The position numbers and the translations under genes are program-made. Shown here in pieces: positions 1 to 9,001 of a stretch of 64,000 nt of DNA. The notes below the pieces were generated by a model. That model saw nothing but the letters and a program-made list of their open reading frames with translations, searched no databases and was not told the DNA's origin. Within the stretch, counting starts at the first letter, position 1; the number at the start of each line of letters is the position of its first letter. This stretch comes from an uncultured Anaerolineaceae bacterium (GTDB lineage: Bacteria; Chloroflexota; Limnocylindria; Limnocylindrales; CSP1-4): NCBI GenBank assembly GCA_964626755.1, contig CAZVGO010000050.1, positions 203,960 through 267,959 of the forward strand, written 5' to 3'.

Positions 1-455
1 TCGCTGTCCGCAACAGCGGCGCGCACGCCGTCGTGGAGGGGATCGGCCCGCACGGCTGCGAATACATGACCGGAGGGGTCGTCGTGGTCCTCGGCCCGGT
101 CGGCGCGAATTTCGGCGCGGGAATGACCGGCGGCCGCGCCTACCTGCACGATCCTTCCGGCCGCCACGCGGCAGCGCTGCACGGCCCGAGCGTCCGCGCA
201 ATCCGCCTCGCGGAGGCCATCGCCGAGCGCGAGAACGGGGATGTGCTGGCGCAAGAACTCCGTGAGCTCGTCGAGGACCACCGCGGCGCCGGATCGGAGC
301 TGGCAGCGCGGCTACTGGCCGAGGGTGGTCTCGAGGACGCCGTCTGGCTTGTCGAGCCCATCGCCACGCCGCTACCGGCCGCCGACGCGGCGAGTCCGCG
401 CGTCGCCCAGCCGGCTGTCTCCGAGCCTGCCCGACCGTTCGTCGCCGCAGGCTGA
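1..455 (+). CDS. gltB: Glutamate synthase large subunit, C-terminal fragment (gene starts upstream of window)
   Basis: The in-frame translation from base 3 reads ...[40 protein letters not shown], the GxxGG-repeat C-terminal domain typical of GltS alpha subunit. No start codon falls inside the window. Confidence 0.75.
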   Translation, partial: AVRNSGAHAVVEGIGPHGCEYMTGGVVVVLGPVGANFGAGMTGGRAYLHDPSGRHAAALHGPSVRAIRLAEAIAERENGDVLAQELRELVEDHRGAGSELAARLLAEGGLEDAVWLVEPIATPLPAADAASPRVAQPAVSEPARPFVAAG

Positions 456-672
456 TCGGACGCTCTTCTCAACCGTCCTCCCGCAGGACAGAAAGCCGTC
501 CGTCGGAGGGCAGGCCAGCGCGCACAGCCCACGTCACGCACGAAGGTCTCCCCGCGAGCGAGCGTTCTCTATCAATTGTTCTGGTCGGGGACCGCTGAGA
601 AAAGGCCGCGGCGATTCGTCCCCCCGGAGGACACTTGAGAGTGAATGAGGGGCCTGGGTCTGCGGTCGGGAC

Positions 673-1371
673 CTAGGCCCCGTCCACCTCGATCCGGTAG
701 CCGACGCCGCGTACGGCGAGGATTGCCGGGCCACCCGCCGCTTCGACCTTCGAGCGGAGGCGGGCGAGGTGCGGCTTGAGCCACAGCAGGTCAGGATCGG
801 ACTCAGCCGGCCAGCCGGCGCGGGCGAGCTGGAGATGCGGGACCAGGTCGCCGCCCGCACGGACGAGCGACTCGAGCAGCCGGAACTCGGTCGGCGTCAG
901 CTGCAGCGACTTCTCGCCGACGCGGGCATCGTGGCGCCCCGGATCGAGGGCGAGCTGGCCCGCGACGACCGGCCCGGATGCCGAACCGCCGGCCGCGCGA
1001 TCGGCACGCCGCATGATCGCCGCGATCCGGGCGAGCAGCTCCGCCTTGCCGAACGGCTTGACGAGGTAGTCGTCCGCACCGATGCCGAGTGCCTTGACCT
1101 TGGCCGCCTCGGCGCTCTCGCCCGAGACGACGAGAATCGGCGCCGAGCCGGCCGCCCGCATCTGGCCCGCGACCGTGAACCCGTCCGGACCCGGCATGGC
1201 GAGATCCAAGAGCACGAGGTCGGGCGACTCCTCGCGGAACCGCTTGACCGCGGTGAGCCCGTCGTACGCGGTGATCACCTGGTGGCCCTCGGTGCCGACG
1301 AGCGCGGTGATCGCCCCGACCATCGCCGGGTCGTCGTCGACGACGAGGATCCGAAGGGGCCGCTGCGTCAT
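673..1371 (-). CDS. OmpR/PhoB-family response regulator (receiver plus winged-helix)
   Basis: LRILVVDDDP...DLVLLDLAMPGPDG...ADDYLVKPF receiver motifs and a C-terminal LTPTEFRLLE...GYRI winged helix. It sits immediately downstream of the kinase with a 3-bp gap. Confidence 0.85.
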   Translation of the reverse strand: MTQRPLRILVVDDDPAMVGAITALVGTEGHQVITAYDGLTAVKRFREESPDLVLLDLAMPGPDGFTVAGQMRAAGSAPILVVSGESAEAAKVKALGIGADDYLVKPFGKAELLARIAAIMRRADRAAGGSASGPVVAGQLALDPGRHDARVGEKSLQLTPTEFRLLESLVRAGGDLVPHLQLARAGWPAESDPDLLWLKPHLARLRSKVEAAGGPAILAVRGVGYRIEVDGA

Positions 1372-1374
1372 CGC

Positions 1375-2652
1375 CTAGACCGCCACGACCGCCGGCAGCG
1401 CGACGACGAACCGCGTCCCGGCTGGCTCCGCCGGCTCGCACCAAAGACGGGCGCCCATCGACTCGCCGAGCCGCTTCGCCGCATACAGCCCGATGCCCGA
1501 GCCGCGAGCGGTATGCGTGTCGCGTCGGGCGTACGGCTCGAAAATGCGGTGCCGCCACTCCTCGGGGATGCCGGGTCCCTCGTCCGCCACAGCCAGGCGC
1601 ACCACGCCCTCCACGAGCCGCCAATCGATCGTGATCGACGTATCGGGCGGAGCGTACTTCACCGCGTTCTCGACGAGGTGCTCGACGATCTGGCGCAGCC
1701 GCGGCGGATCGGCGATGACCTGGAGCCGGACGGACGGAAGGATGTCGAGGCGGTGGCGGTCGAGGAGCGGCGCGAGTCCGGCGACGACGCCCGCGACGAG
1801 GGTCCCGACGTCGGTCGGCTCAAGGGTCGGGGGCCGGTCCGGGACGATCCGGACCGAGGCGAGGATCGAGTCGACGAGCCGGTCGAGCCGCTCGATCTGC
1901 TCGAGGGTGCCGCGATGCCACTCCGCGCGCTGGGCGCGCCGCTCCGGGTTGCGTGAGGCACGCCCCTCGAGCGGCGGGTCGTCGGCCAGCAGGTCGGCGT
2001 ACGCCCGGACGATCGCGAGCGGCGTGCGCAGCTCATGGGTCACGAGCGCGATCAGCTCGCTCCGCGCCTGGTCGATTGCCTGAAGCTCGGCGGCCAGGGC
2101 CTCCGCCTCGCGCTGCTGGCGCCCCTTTTCGACGATCCCGGCGAGCAGATCCGCGATCGCCCGGAGCTGCGCGACGTCCACGTCGCTGAACGCGCGGTGC
2201 CGTTCGGTCTGGACGTTGAGCACTCCGACGGTCTGGTCGTGCCAGCTCAGCGGCACGGACAGCATCGACGCGACGAACCGCTTCTGGTCGATGCCGCGGA
2301 CCCACAGGAAGCGCGGGTCGCTCGGCACGTCCGGGATGACGAGCGGCTCGCGCGTGGCGGCAACCCGACCCGTGACGCCTTCGCCGTACGGCACCCGCGC
2401 CCGGCCGATCTGGTACCGGTCGAGGCCGTTCGTCGTGGCGAGCGTCAGGTACGCTCCATCCCGATCGAGGAGGTAGAGCGAGGAGACGTCCGCGTGGAGC
2501 GCGTCCCGGGTGCCGTCGACGACCGTCTCGAGCAGCTCGTCCCACGTCCGCGCGGTCGTCGCGAGGCGCGCGACCCGGTGGAGAAATCGGAGCTCCTCGA
2601 GCTGATCGGCGCCGGCCGGCTGGACCGCATCGGTGGTGGTCACGGGATTCAC
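1375..2652 (-). CDS. GAF-domain sensor histidine kinase
   Basis: N-terminal GAF-like region, then an H-box (LVTHELRTPL) and HATPase_c (GSGIGLYAAKRLGESMGARLW). GTG start. Forms a two-component pair with 673..1371. Confidence 0.8.
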   Translation of the reverse strand: MNPVTTTDAVQPAGADQLEELRFLHRVARLATTARTWDELLETVVDGTRDALHADVSSLYLLDRDGAYLTLATTNGLDRYQIGRARVPYGEGVTGRVAATREPLVIPDVPSDPRFLWVRGIDQKRFVASMLSVPLSWHDQTVGVLNVQTERHRAFSDVDVAQLRAIADLLAGIVEKGRQQREAEALAAELQAIDQARSELIALVTHELRTPLAIVRAYADLLADDPPLEGRASRNPERRAQRAEWHRGTLEQIERLDRLVDSILASVRIVPDRPPTLEPTDVGTLVAGVVAGLAPLLDRHRLDILPSVRLQVIADPPRLRQIVEHLVENAVKYAPPDTSITIDWRLVEGVVRLAVADEGPGIPEEWRHRIFEPYARRDTHTARGSGIGLYAAKRLGESMGARLWCEPAEPAGTRFVVALPAVVAV

Positions 2653-2687
2653 GATACAAGCGTAGGCACCGACGGGCGGCCGAATGG

Positions 2688-5522
2688 TTGCGGCGGAGTG
2701 GCGGCAAGGTGACGACTGGCCGCCGCGGGCGGACCCCGAATGCCGCCGTCCGGGCCGAGCCGAGGGGGATCGGCAGCGCCGGCGCCCGCGACCCGCTCGC
2801 GCGCGAGGTCAAGCTCCTCGGCGCGCTCCTTGGCCAGGTGATCGTCGAGCAGGCCGGGCTCGAGCTGTTCGAGGAGGTCGAGCGAATCCGGCGGGCCGCG
2901 ATCGCGGCCCGGCTGGGCGAGGACCCCTCGGCGGCCGACGGCCTCGACGCCGCGTTCACCGCCCTCGACGTCGATCGGGTCGAGGCGGTCGTCCGCGCGT
3001 TCGCGTTGTACTTCCAGCTCGTGAACCTCGCCGAGGAACGGCATCGCGTGCGGACGATCGCCAGACGGCGGCGGGCGGCCCGGGGAGGGGTGGTCGACGA
3101 CTCGATCGCCGGCGCGGTCGCGACACTCCGTCGACGGGGGCACGCCCGGGATCTCGATGCGCTCGTCGGCCGGCTTTCGATCGTGCCGGTCCTCACCGCC
3201 CACCCGACCGAGGCGCGCCGGCGGACGCTGCTACTCGCACTCCGCAGGTGCGCGGGGTTGCTCGAGCGCCTCGACGATCAGCGCCTGACGCCCGAGGACG
3301 ACGCCGACATCCGGCGCCGCCTGCGCGAGGAGGTGAGCGTCTTGTGGCGGACCGCCGAGCTCCGGGCCGACGCTCCGACGCCGCTCGACGAGGTCCGGAC
3401 CGCGCTCGTGTTCTTCGACGAGACGCTGTTCAGCCTCGTCCCGCGGGTCTATCGGGCGCTCGACGTGGCGCTCGATGCGCCACCCGGGCGAGCGGCGCGG
3501 CCGGGCGATCCGGCCGGCGACAGCGGTCGATCGGGCACGCGCCCGGCCCGGGTACCGGCGTTTCTGCGCTGGGGATCGTGGATCGGGGGCGACCGCGACG
3601 GCCACCCGAGCGTGACGGCCGATCTCACCGAACGAACGCTCCGGATCCACGCCGATCACGTCCTTCGGGGCCACGAGGCGGTCGCGACCCGGCTGATGCA
3701 GACAATCGCGGCACACATGCCGGCAGGGGGCATGGCGCGGGCGGTGTCGTCGCGGCTCGGGCGAGACGCCGAGGAGCTGCCGGAGACCGACCGGATGCTC
3801 CGACGGCGCTTTCCCGACGAGCCGTACCGGCGGCGGTTCGGGTTCATCGCCGAGCGGCTCCGTCGCACGCGCGCCCACCTCACCGGCGTTGCGGCCCCGC
3901 TCGCCGGTCGCTACGAGTCGCCGGACGAGGTCGTTGCCGAAGTCGAAGAGCTCCAGGCGGCACTCGACGCCGACGGCCTCGCGCGGGTCGCCTGGGGCGA
4001 GGTCCAGGATTTTCGATGGCAGCTCGAGACATTCGGGTTCCACCTCGCATCCCTCGAGATCCGGCAACACGCGATTGTTCATCGCGCGGCGGTCGCCGCG
4101 CTGCGGGCCGACGCCGGCGACGATCACGAGGTGTCGCCGGGCGTTCCGCTCGGCGAGGTCCTCGCGACATTCGATGCGATTCATGGGGTGCAGGCACGGT
4201 TCGGCGTCGCGGCCGTGCACAGGTTCGTGGTGAGCTTCACGGCCGCGGCGTCGGACGCGACCGATGTCCTGCACCTTGCCCGCGTCGCCGCGGAGCGCGC
4301 GGGCACGGATCCGCCGGTCATCGACGTCGTGCCGCTGTTCGAGTCCGCGGAGGCCCTCGAGTCCGCCGGCCCGATCCTCGACGCGCTTCTCGGCGACGAG
4401 GACTACCGGCGGCACCTCGAGATCCGCGGCGACCGCCAGGAGGTGATGCTCGGGTACTCCGACTCGAACAAGGAATCCGGGTTCCTCGCCGCGAACTGGC
4501 TCCTTCACCGGGCCCAGGCGGCGCTCGTCGCGGCGGCGCGGGGGCGGGCCGTCGAGCTGACGCTGTTCCACGGGCGCGGTGGCGCGATCGGCCGGGGCGG
4601 CGGCCCCAGCCACCGGGCGATCCGCGGCCAGGCTCCCGGATCGGTGGACGGGCGGCTCAAGCTGACCGAGCAGGGTGAAGTCGTCGCGGCCCGCTACGCG
4701 AACCCGGAGATTGCCCGGCGCGAGCTGGAGCTCCTGACCGGAGCGGTCCTCCTTGCCTCGACCGCCGAGCACGATGCGGCGCTCACGGCCGCCGTCGAGG
4801 ACGGGACGCCGGTTCTCGACGACCTTGCCGCCACGGCACGCGAGGCGTACCGGGCCCTCGTCTACGACGACCCGGGCTTTCCTGCGTTCTTCCGCTCGGT
4901 CACGCCGATCGCCGAGATCTCGGGCCTCCGCTTTGGCTCGCGGCCGGCCGGCCGCGCCCGGCCGGGCCAGCAGGAGGAGGCGCCGCCCATCGACGACCTC
5001 CGGGCGATCCCCTGGGTGTTCGCCTGGTCACAGGCCCGGATCGACCTGCCGGGCTGGTACGGCCTCGGAACCGCGCTCGACGCCTATCGCGAGCGTCATG
5101 GTGAGGCCGGGCTCGACCGGATCGCGGCCCTCTACCGGGGCTGGCCGTTCCTCGCCAGCGTCCTCGACAACGCCGAGCTGAGCCTTGCGCGCGCGGACAT
5201 GGGCGTGGCTCGGCGGTACGCGGCGCTGGCGCGCGGCGCGGGCGACGAACGGCGCTGGCGGGCGATCGAGGCGGAGCACGGCCGGACCGTCCGCCTGCTC
5301 CTCCGGGTCACCGGGCGCGATCGCCTCCTCGACGGCAGCCCGGTCCTCCAGCGCGCGATCTCGCTGCGCAATCCGTACGTCGACTCGCTGTCGGGCATCC
5401 AGGTCGGGCTCCTCGGCCGTCTCCGGGCTCGCACCGCGGACGACCCGGAGCACGACCGGCTCCTCCGGCTCGTCCAGCTCACGGTCAGCGGCGTGGCGGC
5501 GGGCCTTCAGTCGACGGGCTGA
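2688..5522 (+). CDS. ppc: Phosphoenolpyruvate carboxylase
   Basis: Canonical PEPC motifs: VLTAHPTEARR, GYSDSNKESGFLAANW and FHGRGGAIGRGGGP. Length is about 944 aa. The exact start could be a few codons downstream. Confidence 0.9.
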   Translation: MRRSGGKVTTGRRGRTPNAAVRAEPRGIGSAGARDPLAREVKLLGALLGQVIVEQAGLELFEEVERIRRAAIAARLGEDPSAADGLDAAFTALDVDRVEAVVRAFALYFQLVNLAEERHRVRTIARRRRAARGGVVDDSIAGAVATLRRRGHARDLDALVGRLSIVPVLTAHPTEARRRTLLLALRRCAGLLERLDDQRLTPEDDADIRRRLREEVSVLWRTAELRADAPTPLDEVRTALVFFDETLFSLVPRVYRALDVALDAPPGRAARPGDPAGDSGRSGTRPARVPAFLRWGSWIGGDRDGHPSVTADLTERTLRIHADHVLRGHEAVATRLMQTIAAHMPAGGMARAVSSRLGRDAEELPETDRMLRRRFPDEPYRRRFGFIAERLRRTRAHLTGVAAPLAGRYESPDEVVAEVEELQAALDADGLARVAWGEVQDFRWQLETFGFHLASLEIRQHAIVHRAAVAALRADAGDDHEVSPGVPLGEVLATFDAIHGVQARFGVAAVHRFVVSFTAAASDATDVLHLARVAAERAGTDPPVIDVVPLFESAEALESAGPILDALLGDEDYRRHLEIRGDRQEVMLGYSDSNKESGFLAANWLLHRAQAALVAAARGRAVELTLFHGRGGAIGRGGGPSHRAIRGQAPGSVDGRLKLTEQGEVVAARYANPEIARRELELLTGAVLLASTAEHDAALTAAVEDGTPVLDDLAATAREAYRALVYDDPGFPAFFRSVTPIAEISGLRFGSRPAGRARPGQQEEAPPIDDLRAIPWVFAWSQARIDLPGWYGLGTALDAYRERHGEAGLDRIAALYRGWPFLASVLDNAELSLARADMGVARRYAALARGAGDERRWRAIEAEHGRTVRLLLRVTGRDRLLDGSPVLQRAISLRNPYVDSLSGIQVGLLGRLRARTADDPEHDRLLRLVQLTVSGVAAGLQSTG

Positions 5523-6727
5523 ACGGGGCTGAGGCGGCGGACGAGCGCATCGGCGAGTGCGTCGAAGTCTGACGGCTCGTTGTAGAGGTGGGCGGAGATC
5601 CGGAGGAGCATCGCGCGCGGGCCATTCGTCGACCTCGCCGCGAGGACCGGCCACGCTCCGACCGGGACTTCGATCCGGTCCTCCCCGGCCAGCGTGTGGG
5701 TTAGCGCGACGGCCGTTTCGTCCGACGGCGACAGCGGCAGCTCGAGCGAGGCTATCGACCCGAGCAGGTTCTCCGGCACGGACTGCTCGATCCCGAGCGC
5801 TTCCGCGAGCCGCCTCCGACCCCCCACCGCAAGCTCGTGGTTCGCGGCCCGGATCGCCGGCCAGCCGCCACCGTCCGGGGCGAGGTCCGCGACGAGGCTC
5901 ACGGCGTCGGCGGCGGCGAGGTAGGGCGTCGGGTCCACGGTGCCGGGCCAATCGAACTCGAGCCGGAATCGCGATCGCTCACCAATGTCCGCCCGCGGGT
6001 CGTTCGCGCCGTGCGACACGACGAGCGGATGGATCGCGGCCCGCCGGTCCGCGCGGACCCACAGGATCGCGGAGCCCTTCGGCCCGCACAGCCATTTGTG
6101 ACCGTTGCCCGTCCAGTACGCGGCGCCGAGGGTGTCGATCTCGACCTGGACCATCCCCGGCGCATGAGCCGCGTCGACGAGCGTGTCGACGCCGCGCTGT
6201 TCGAGTTCGTGGACGATCTGGGCGATCGGGAAGACCAGCGCAGTCGGGCTCGTGACGTGGCTGATCAGCGCGAGCACAGTCCTCGATGTGACCGCCGCGA
6301 GGATCGCCTCGACGATCTCGCCCGCATCGGCGACGGGAAACGGAACACGCGCGATGACGACACGCGCTTCGTCGCGGCGGGCCGCCGCGGCAAGCGCATT
6401 GAGAGTCGCGTTGTACTCGTGATCCGTCGTCAGCAGCTGGTCACCTGGAGCGAACCGGAGTGATCCGAGGACCGCCGACACGGCGCTCGTCGCGTTGGGG
6501 ACGAACGCGATCCCGTCCGGGTCACCGCGGAGGAACGCGCCGAACGTCGTCCGAGCCGCGTCGAGACACCCCTCCAGCTCGCGGCTGAAGAACCGGACCG
6601 GGTCGGCCTCGATCCGGTCGCGCCAGGCGGCCTGGGCCGCCAGCACCGGCTCCGGGCAGGCACCGAACGAGCCGTGGTTGAGGAACGTGACGGTCGGGTC
6701 GAGGCGCCACGCGCCCGTGGTCCGCAC
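5507..6727 (-). CDS. Class V PLP-dependent aminotransferase (isopenicillin-N epimerase / cysteine desulfurase-like)
   Basis: FLNHGSFGACP...TTDHEYNA...SHVTSPTALVFPI...GNGHKWLCGPKGSAILWV, a fold-type I class V signature. GTG start directly abutting the stop of the upstream gene. Confidence 0.75.
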   Translation of the reverse strand: MRTTGAWRLDPTVTFLNHGSFGACPEPVLAAQAAWRDRIEADPVRFFSRELEGCLDAARTTFGAFLRGDPDGIAFVPNATSAVSAVLGSLRFAPGDQLLTTDHEYNATLNALAAAARRDEARVVIARVPFPVADAGEIVEAILAAVTSRTVLALISHVTSPTALVFPIAQIVHELEQRGVDTLVDAAHAPGMVQVEIDTLGAAYWTGNGHKWLCGPKGSAILWVRADRRAAIHPLVVSHGANDPRADIGERSRFRLEFDWPGTVDPTPYLAAADAVSLVADLAPDGGGWPAIRAANHELAVGGRRRLAEALGIEQSVPENLLGSIASLELPLSPSDETAVALTHTLAGEDRIEVPVGAWPVLAARSTNGPRAMLLRISAHLYNEPSDFDALADALVRRLSPVQPVD

Positions 6728-7528
6728 TCAGGCAGGCGACGTTCGGGGAAGCAGGTCCAGCGTCTCGCCGTGGACGGCGACGACCCGTCCGCCGCCGACC
6801 GGATGCCAGTGGGCCCGGCCCTCCCCGAAGACGTGCCATGGCCCGTCCGCGCCGTCTGTCGAGATGACCCCCGTCCGCTCGTCGAGTCCGAGGCGCCCGA
6901 AGCCTGCCGTCTCGAGCTCATCGATCGCCGTCGCCCACGCGTCCAGGTTCGCCTCGAACATCGCGAAGTGCGGCGCGACGAAGACTCCCGGCACAAGGTT
7001 GAGCGCGGGCAGCCAGCCGGTCGGCGTCCAGGTCCGCCCGGCGAGGCCCATCGCGCCGGCGCTCGCACCGGCGAGGACCGCGCCCCGTGCATGTGCGGCG
7101 AGGATCGACCCCCAGGCGAGGGTCCCCTCGAGGAGCCCCGGGACCGTGTCGGGATGGCCGCCCGGCAGGTAGATGAGGTCGGCCGCGCTCAGCCTCGCGG
7201 CGAGCACCGGATCCTCGGCAGTGTCGCGATCGACGACGAGGGCGGCCTCGACCCGCGCCGGGACGCCGACCCGCGCCGCCGCTCGCTTCAGCCCGGCGAT
7301 CGCCTGCTTCGCCGACGCGCTCGGGCGCTCCCGGGCGGCCGCGGCCGGGACGACGACGATCCGCAAGACACCGTCCGATTCCGGGCCGCCGCGGCGTGCC
7401 TGCGCCGCGGACGACGGCAGCGCCGCCACCACGAGTGCGTCGAGGAACGGCTCGTCGCCCGGCTCGAATTCCCCGCCGCCATGGAGCGCGATGCGGCCGG
7501 GCGGCGTCGCGGCCCCGAGGCTCGTCAT
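6728..7528 (-). CDS. Peptidase S51 family (cyanophycinase / dipeptidase E-like)
   Basis: IALHGGGEF...LIYLPGGHPD...LAGASAGAMG, the Ser-nucleophile GxSAG motif. The longer 335-aa ORF is a low-complexity upstream extension; the start is placed at the internal Met of MTSLGAA. Confidence 0.6.
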   Translation of the reverse strand: MTSLGAATPPGRIALHGGGEFEPGDEPFLDALVVAALPSSAAQARRGGPESDGVLRIVVVPAAAARERPSASAKQAIAGLKRAAARVGVPARVEAALVVDRDTAEDPVLAARLSAADLIYLPGGHPDTVPGLLEGTLAWGSILAAHARGAVLAGASAGAMGLAGRTWTPTGWLPALNLVPGVFVAPHFAMFEANLDAWATAIDELETAGFGRLGLDERTGVISTDGADGPWHVFGEGRAHWHPVGGGRVVAVHGETLDLLPRTSPA

Positions 7529-7863
7529 CGCGACCCGCCCCCGGCCTGGCGGACCTCGTCCTCCGGCGGCGTGACGTTCTTGATCGGCGGCGCCACCGGC
7601 CGGGGCGGCCGTCCGAGGAGTCGATCGATCCCGTCGCGCAGGTGGAAGTAGGGCAGGACGGCGAGGACGAGGATGACCGGCAGGAGGATCCGCGCCCGCC
7701 CCCCGGTCGCGACCACGACGAACCCGATCAGCCACAGCGCAAGGAAGTAGGCGGCCACCAGGCCGGCGGACGCACCGCGCTGGAAGAGCCGGCGCGTCGG
7801 GATGAGCGCAAGCAGCGCGAGGACGAGGATCGCGGCAATGAGGGCCGGCGGCAGGAACGGCAC
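7525..7863 (-). CDS. Small hypothetical integral membrane protein (3 predicted TM helices)
   Basis: Hydrophobic segments ALIAAILVLALLALI and YFLALWLIGFVVVATG, and LLPVILVLAVLPYF. Overlaps the S51 gene start by 4 nt, consistent with an operon. Confidence 0.4.
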   Translation of the reverse strand: MPFLPPALIAAILVLALLALIPTRRLFQRGASAGLVAAYFLALWLIGFVVVATGGRARILLPVILVLAVLPYFHLRDGIDRLLGRPPRPVAPPIKNVTPPEDEVRQAGGGSR

Positions 7864-8128
7864 AGGACGAAGGATAGGTCGCGGACTACGATGCCGCCGC
7901 GCCCATGACCACCCCGGCCGGACGTTCGCCGCGCCCCTCGCGACCCGCCGCCTGGTTCGCCCGGTGGGGTCCGATCCTACCGGCGGGCAGCGGACGACCT
8001 TCTGGGTTGGGGCTGCGGTGATGTACCTCTGTCTCGCGCTTGGACTGGCGATCGGCGGCCGGATGATCAGGCGGCTTGTGCCGGCAGGACGTGCGGGCGC
8101 GGCCGGCGCAGTCAGCGCCGGCTGACGC

Positions 8129-8785
8129 CTACCACTCGCCCTCCCGGTAATTCCGGTAGCCGAGCCGGCGGAGGTGGCGGAGAAGATGGCGACGCCAGTC
8201 CTTCACCGGGATCTCGCCGAAGTCGCGCATCCACTCGGCAGCCTGCTGGGTCACCTCCTCGCCCCGCTCGGCGCGCGCCCTCAGGTCCACGTCCACCCAC
8301 GTCTCGATCCGGGCCTTCCACTCGGGAATGTGGGTCGACGACAGTTCCCGGCTCCTCAGGGCGCGCAGCTCATCGGCGATTGCGTCGAGCTCGGACTCGC
8401 GTTGGAGCTCGGCCTCGCGGATGGCCTGCCGCTCGCGAGACTCGCCCTCCTCGACGGGGATTGCAGGCCCTTCGCCGGGTGCCGGACCGGTCGCGATCGA
8501 CGCGTCTGCTTCGGCCGGCCAGAGTCCTAGTGGCTCGGACGGCGGCTTGCCGGCGTCGACGGGCGGCCCGGCGGGTGGGATGTCCTCAACCGGGCGCGGT
8601 TCGGCGGGTCGCGGTTCGGCAGATCGTGTTCGACGGCGCAGCCAGACGCCCGCGACGACGGCGAGCGCCCCCGCGAGAACAATCGATGCGGCAGCGACCG
8701 GCGGGCTCCCGAGTGCCCCGAGCAGGGCACCGAAGACTGCCAGCAGCAGGCCGAGCAGGACGACCGCGCGATGCACTGGAGTCAT
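8129..8785 (-). CDS. Hypothetical membrane-anchored protein with Pro-rich linker and charged coiled-coil C-terminus
   Basis: Two N-terminal hydrophobic helices, a PAEPRPAEPRP segment, then an E/R-rich helical region. No recognisable family. Confidence 0.4.
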   Translation of the reverse strand: MTPVHRAVVLLGLLLAVFGALLGALGSPPVAAASIVLAGALAVVAGVWLRRRTRSAEPRPAEPRPVEDIPPAGPPVDAGKPPSEPLGLWPAEADASIATGPAPGEGPAIPVEEGESRERQAIREAELQRESELDAIADELRALRSRELSSTHIPEWKARIETWVDVDLRARAERGEEVTQQAAEWMRDFGEIPVKDWRRHLLRHLRRLGYRNYREGEW

Positions 8786-8837
8786 CCTAACCGCCCCGCA
8801 ATGGCCTCAGGAGAGCACGTGAGAGCCCCTCGCCTGT

Positions 8838-8866
8838 TTGACCGAGCAGGGCAAACTGCCTAGAAT
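8838..8866 (+). promoter_or_regulatory. Sigma70-like promoter for tRNA-fMet (TTGACC-N17-TAGAAT)
   Basis: ttgacc at 8838-8843 and tagaat at 8861-8866 with a 17-bp spacer. The -10 ends 7 nt before the first tRNA nucleotide. Confidence 0.6.
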
Positions 8867-8873
8867 GTGTGGT

Positions 8874-8948
8874 CGCGGGGTGGAGCAGCGGCAGCTCGTC
8901 GGGCTCATAACCCGAAGGTCGGAGGTTCGAATCCTTCCCCCGCAACCA
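8874..8948 (+). tRNA. Initiator tRNA-fMet (anticodon CAT)
   Basis: Cloverleaf readable by eye: acceptor CGCGGGG/CCCCGCA with a C1:A72 mismatch, D-arm GAGC, anticodon stem with three consecutive G-C pairs (GGGCTCATAACCC), T-arm GGAGGTTCGAATCC, and an encoded CCA. These are the hallmarks of a bacterial initiator tRNA. Confidence 0.9.
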
Positions 8949-8963
8949 ATCGCATTCATCTCG

Positions 8964-9001
8964 AACCCCGGGTCCCGACCACCCGGGGTTCTTCCTTTTC
9001 T
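8964..9001. terminator. Bidirectional intrinsic terminator (10-bp GC stem, 7-nt loop, T-rich tail)
   Basis: aaccccgggt-cccgacc-acccggggtt followed by cttccttttct. Lies between the tRNA 3' end and the convergent stop codon (9000-9002) of the ABC permease that ends the cox operon. Confidence 0.65.

Noticed and set aside
673-2652. Possible KdpDE assignment for the kinase/regulator pair
   Set aside because: No Kdp ATPase genes are nearby, and the kinase has a GAF sensor rather than the KdpD N-terminal and Usp domains. Left as a generic GAF-HK/OmpR pair.
2684-4772. Very long alternate-frame and antisense ORFs (2684..4678 +, 3231..4772 -) covering ppc
   Set aside because: Translations are Arg/Pro/Gly-rich low-complexity with no motifs. 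They shadow a gene with unmistakable PEPC signatures. Long stop-free frames are expected at about 70% GC.
7802-8125. 107-aa plus-strand ORF in the 7864-8128 intergenic region
   Set aside because: Only the last approximately 35 aa are hydrophobic and protein-like. There is no RBS and the frame is Arg-rich. Treated as non-coding spacer between two minus-strand genes.
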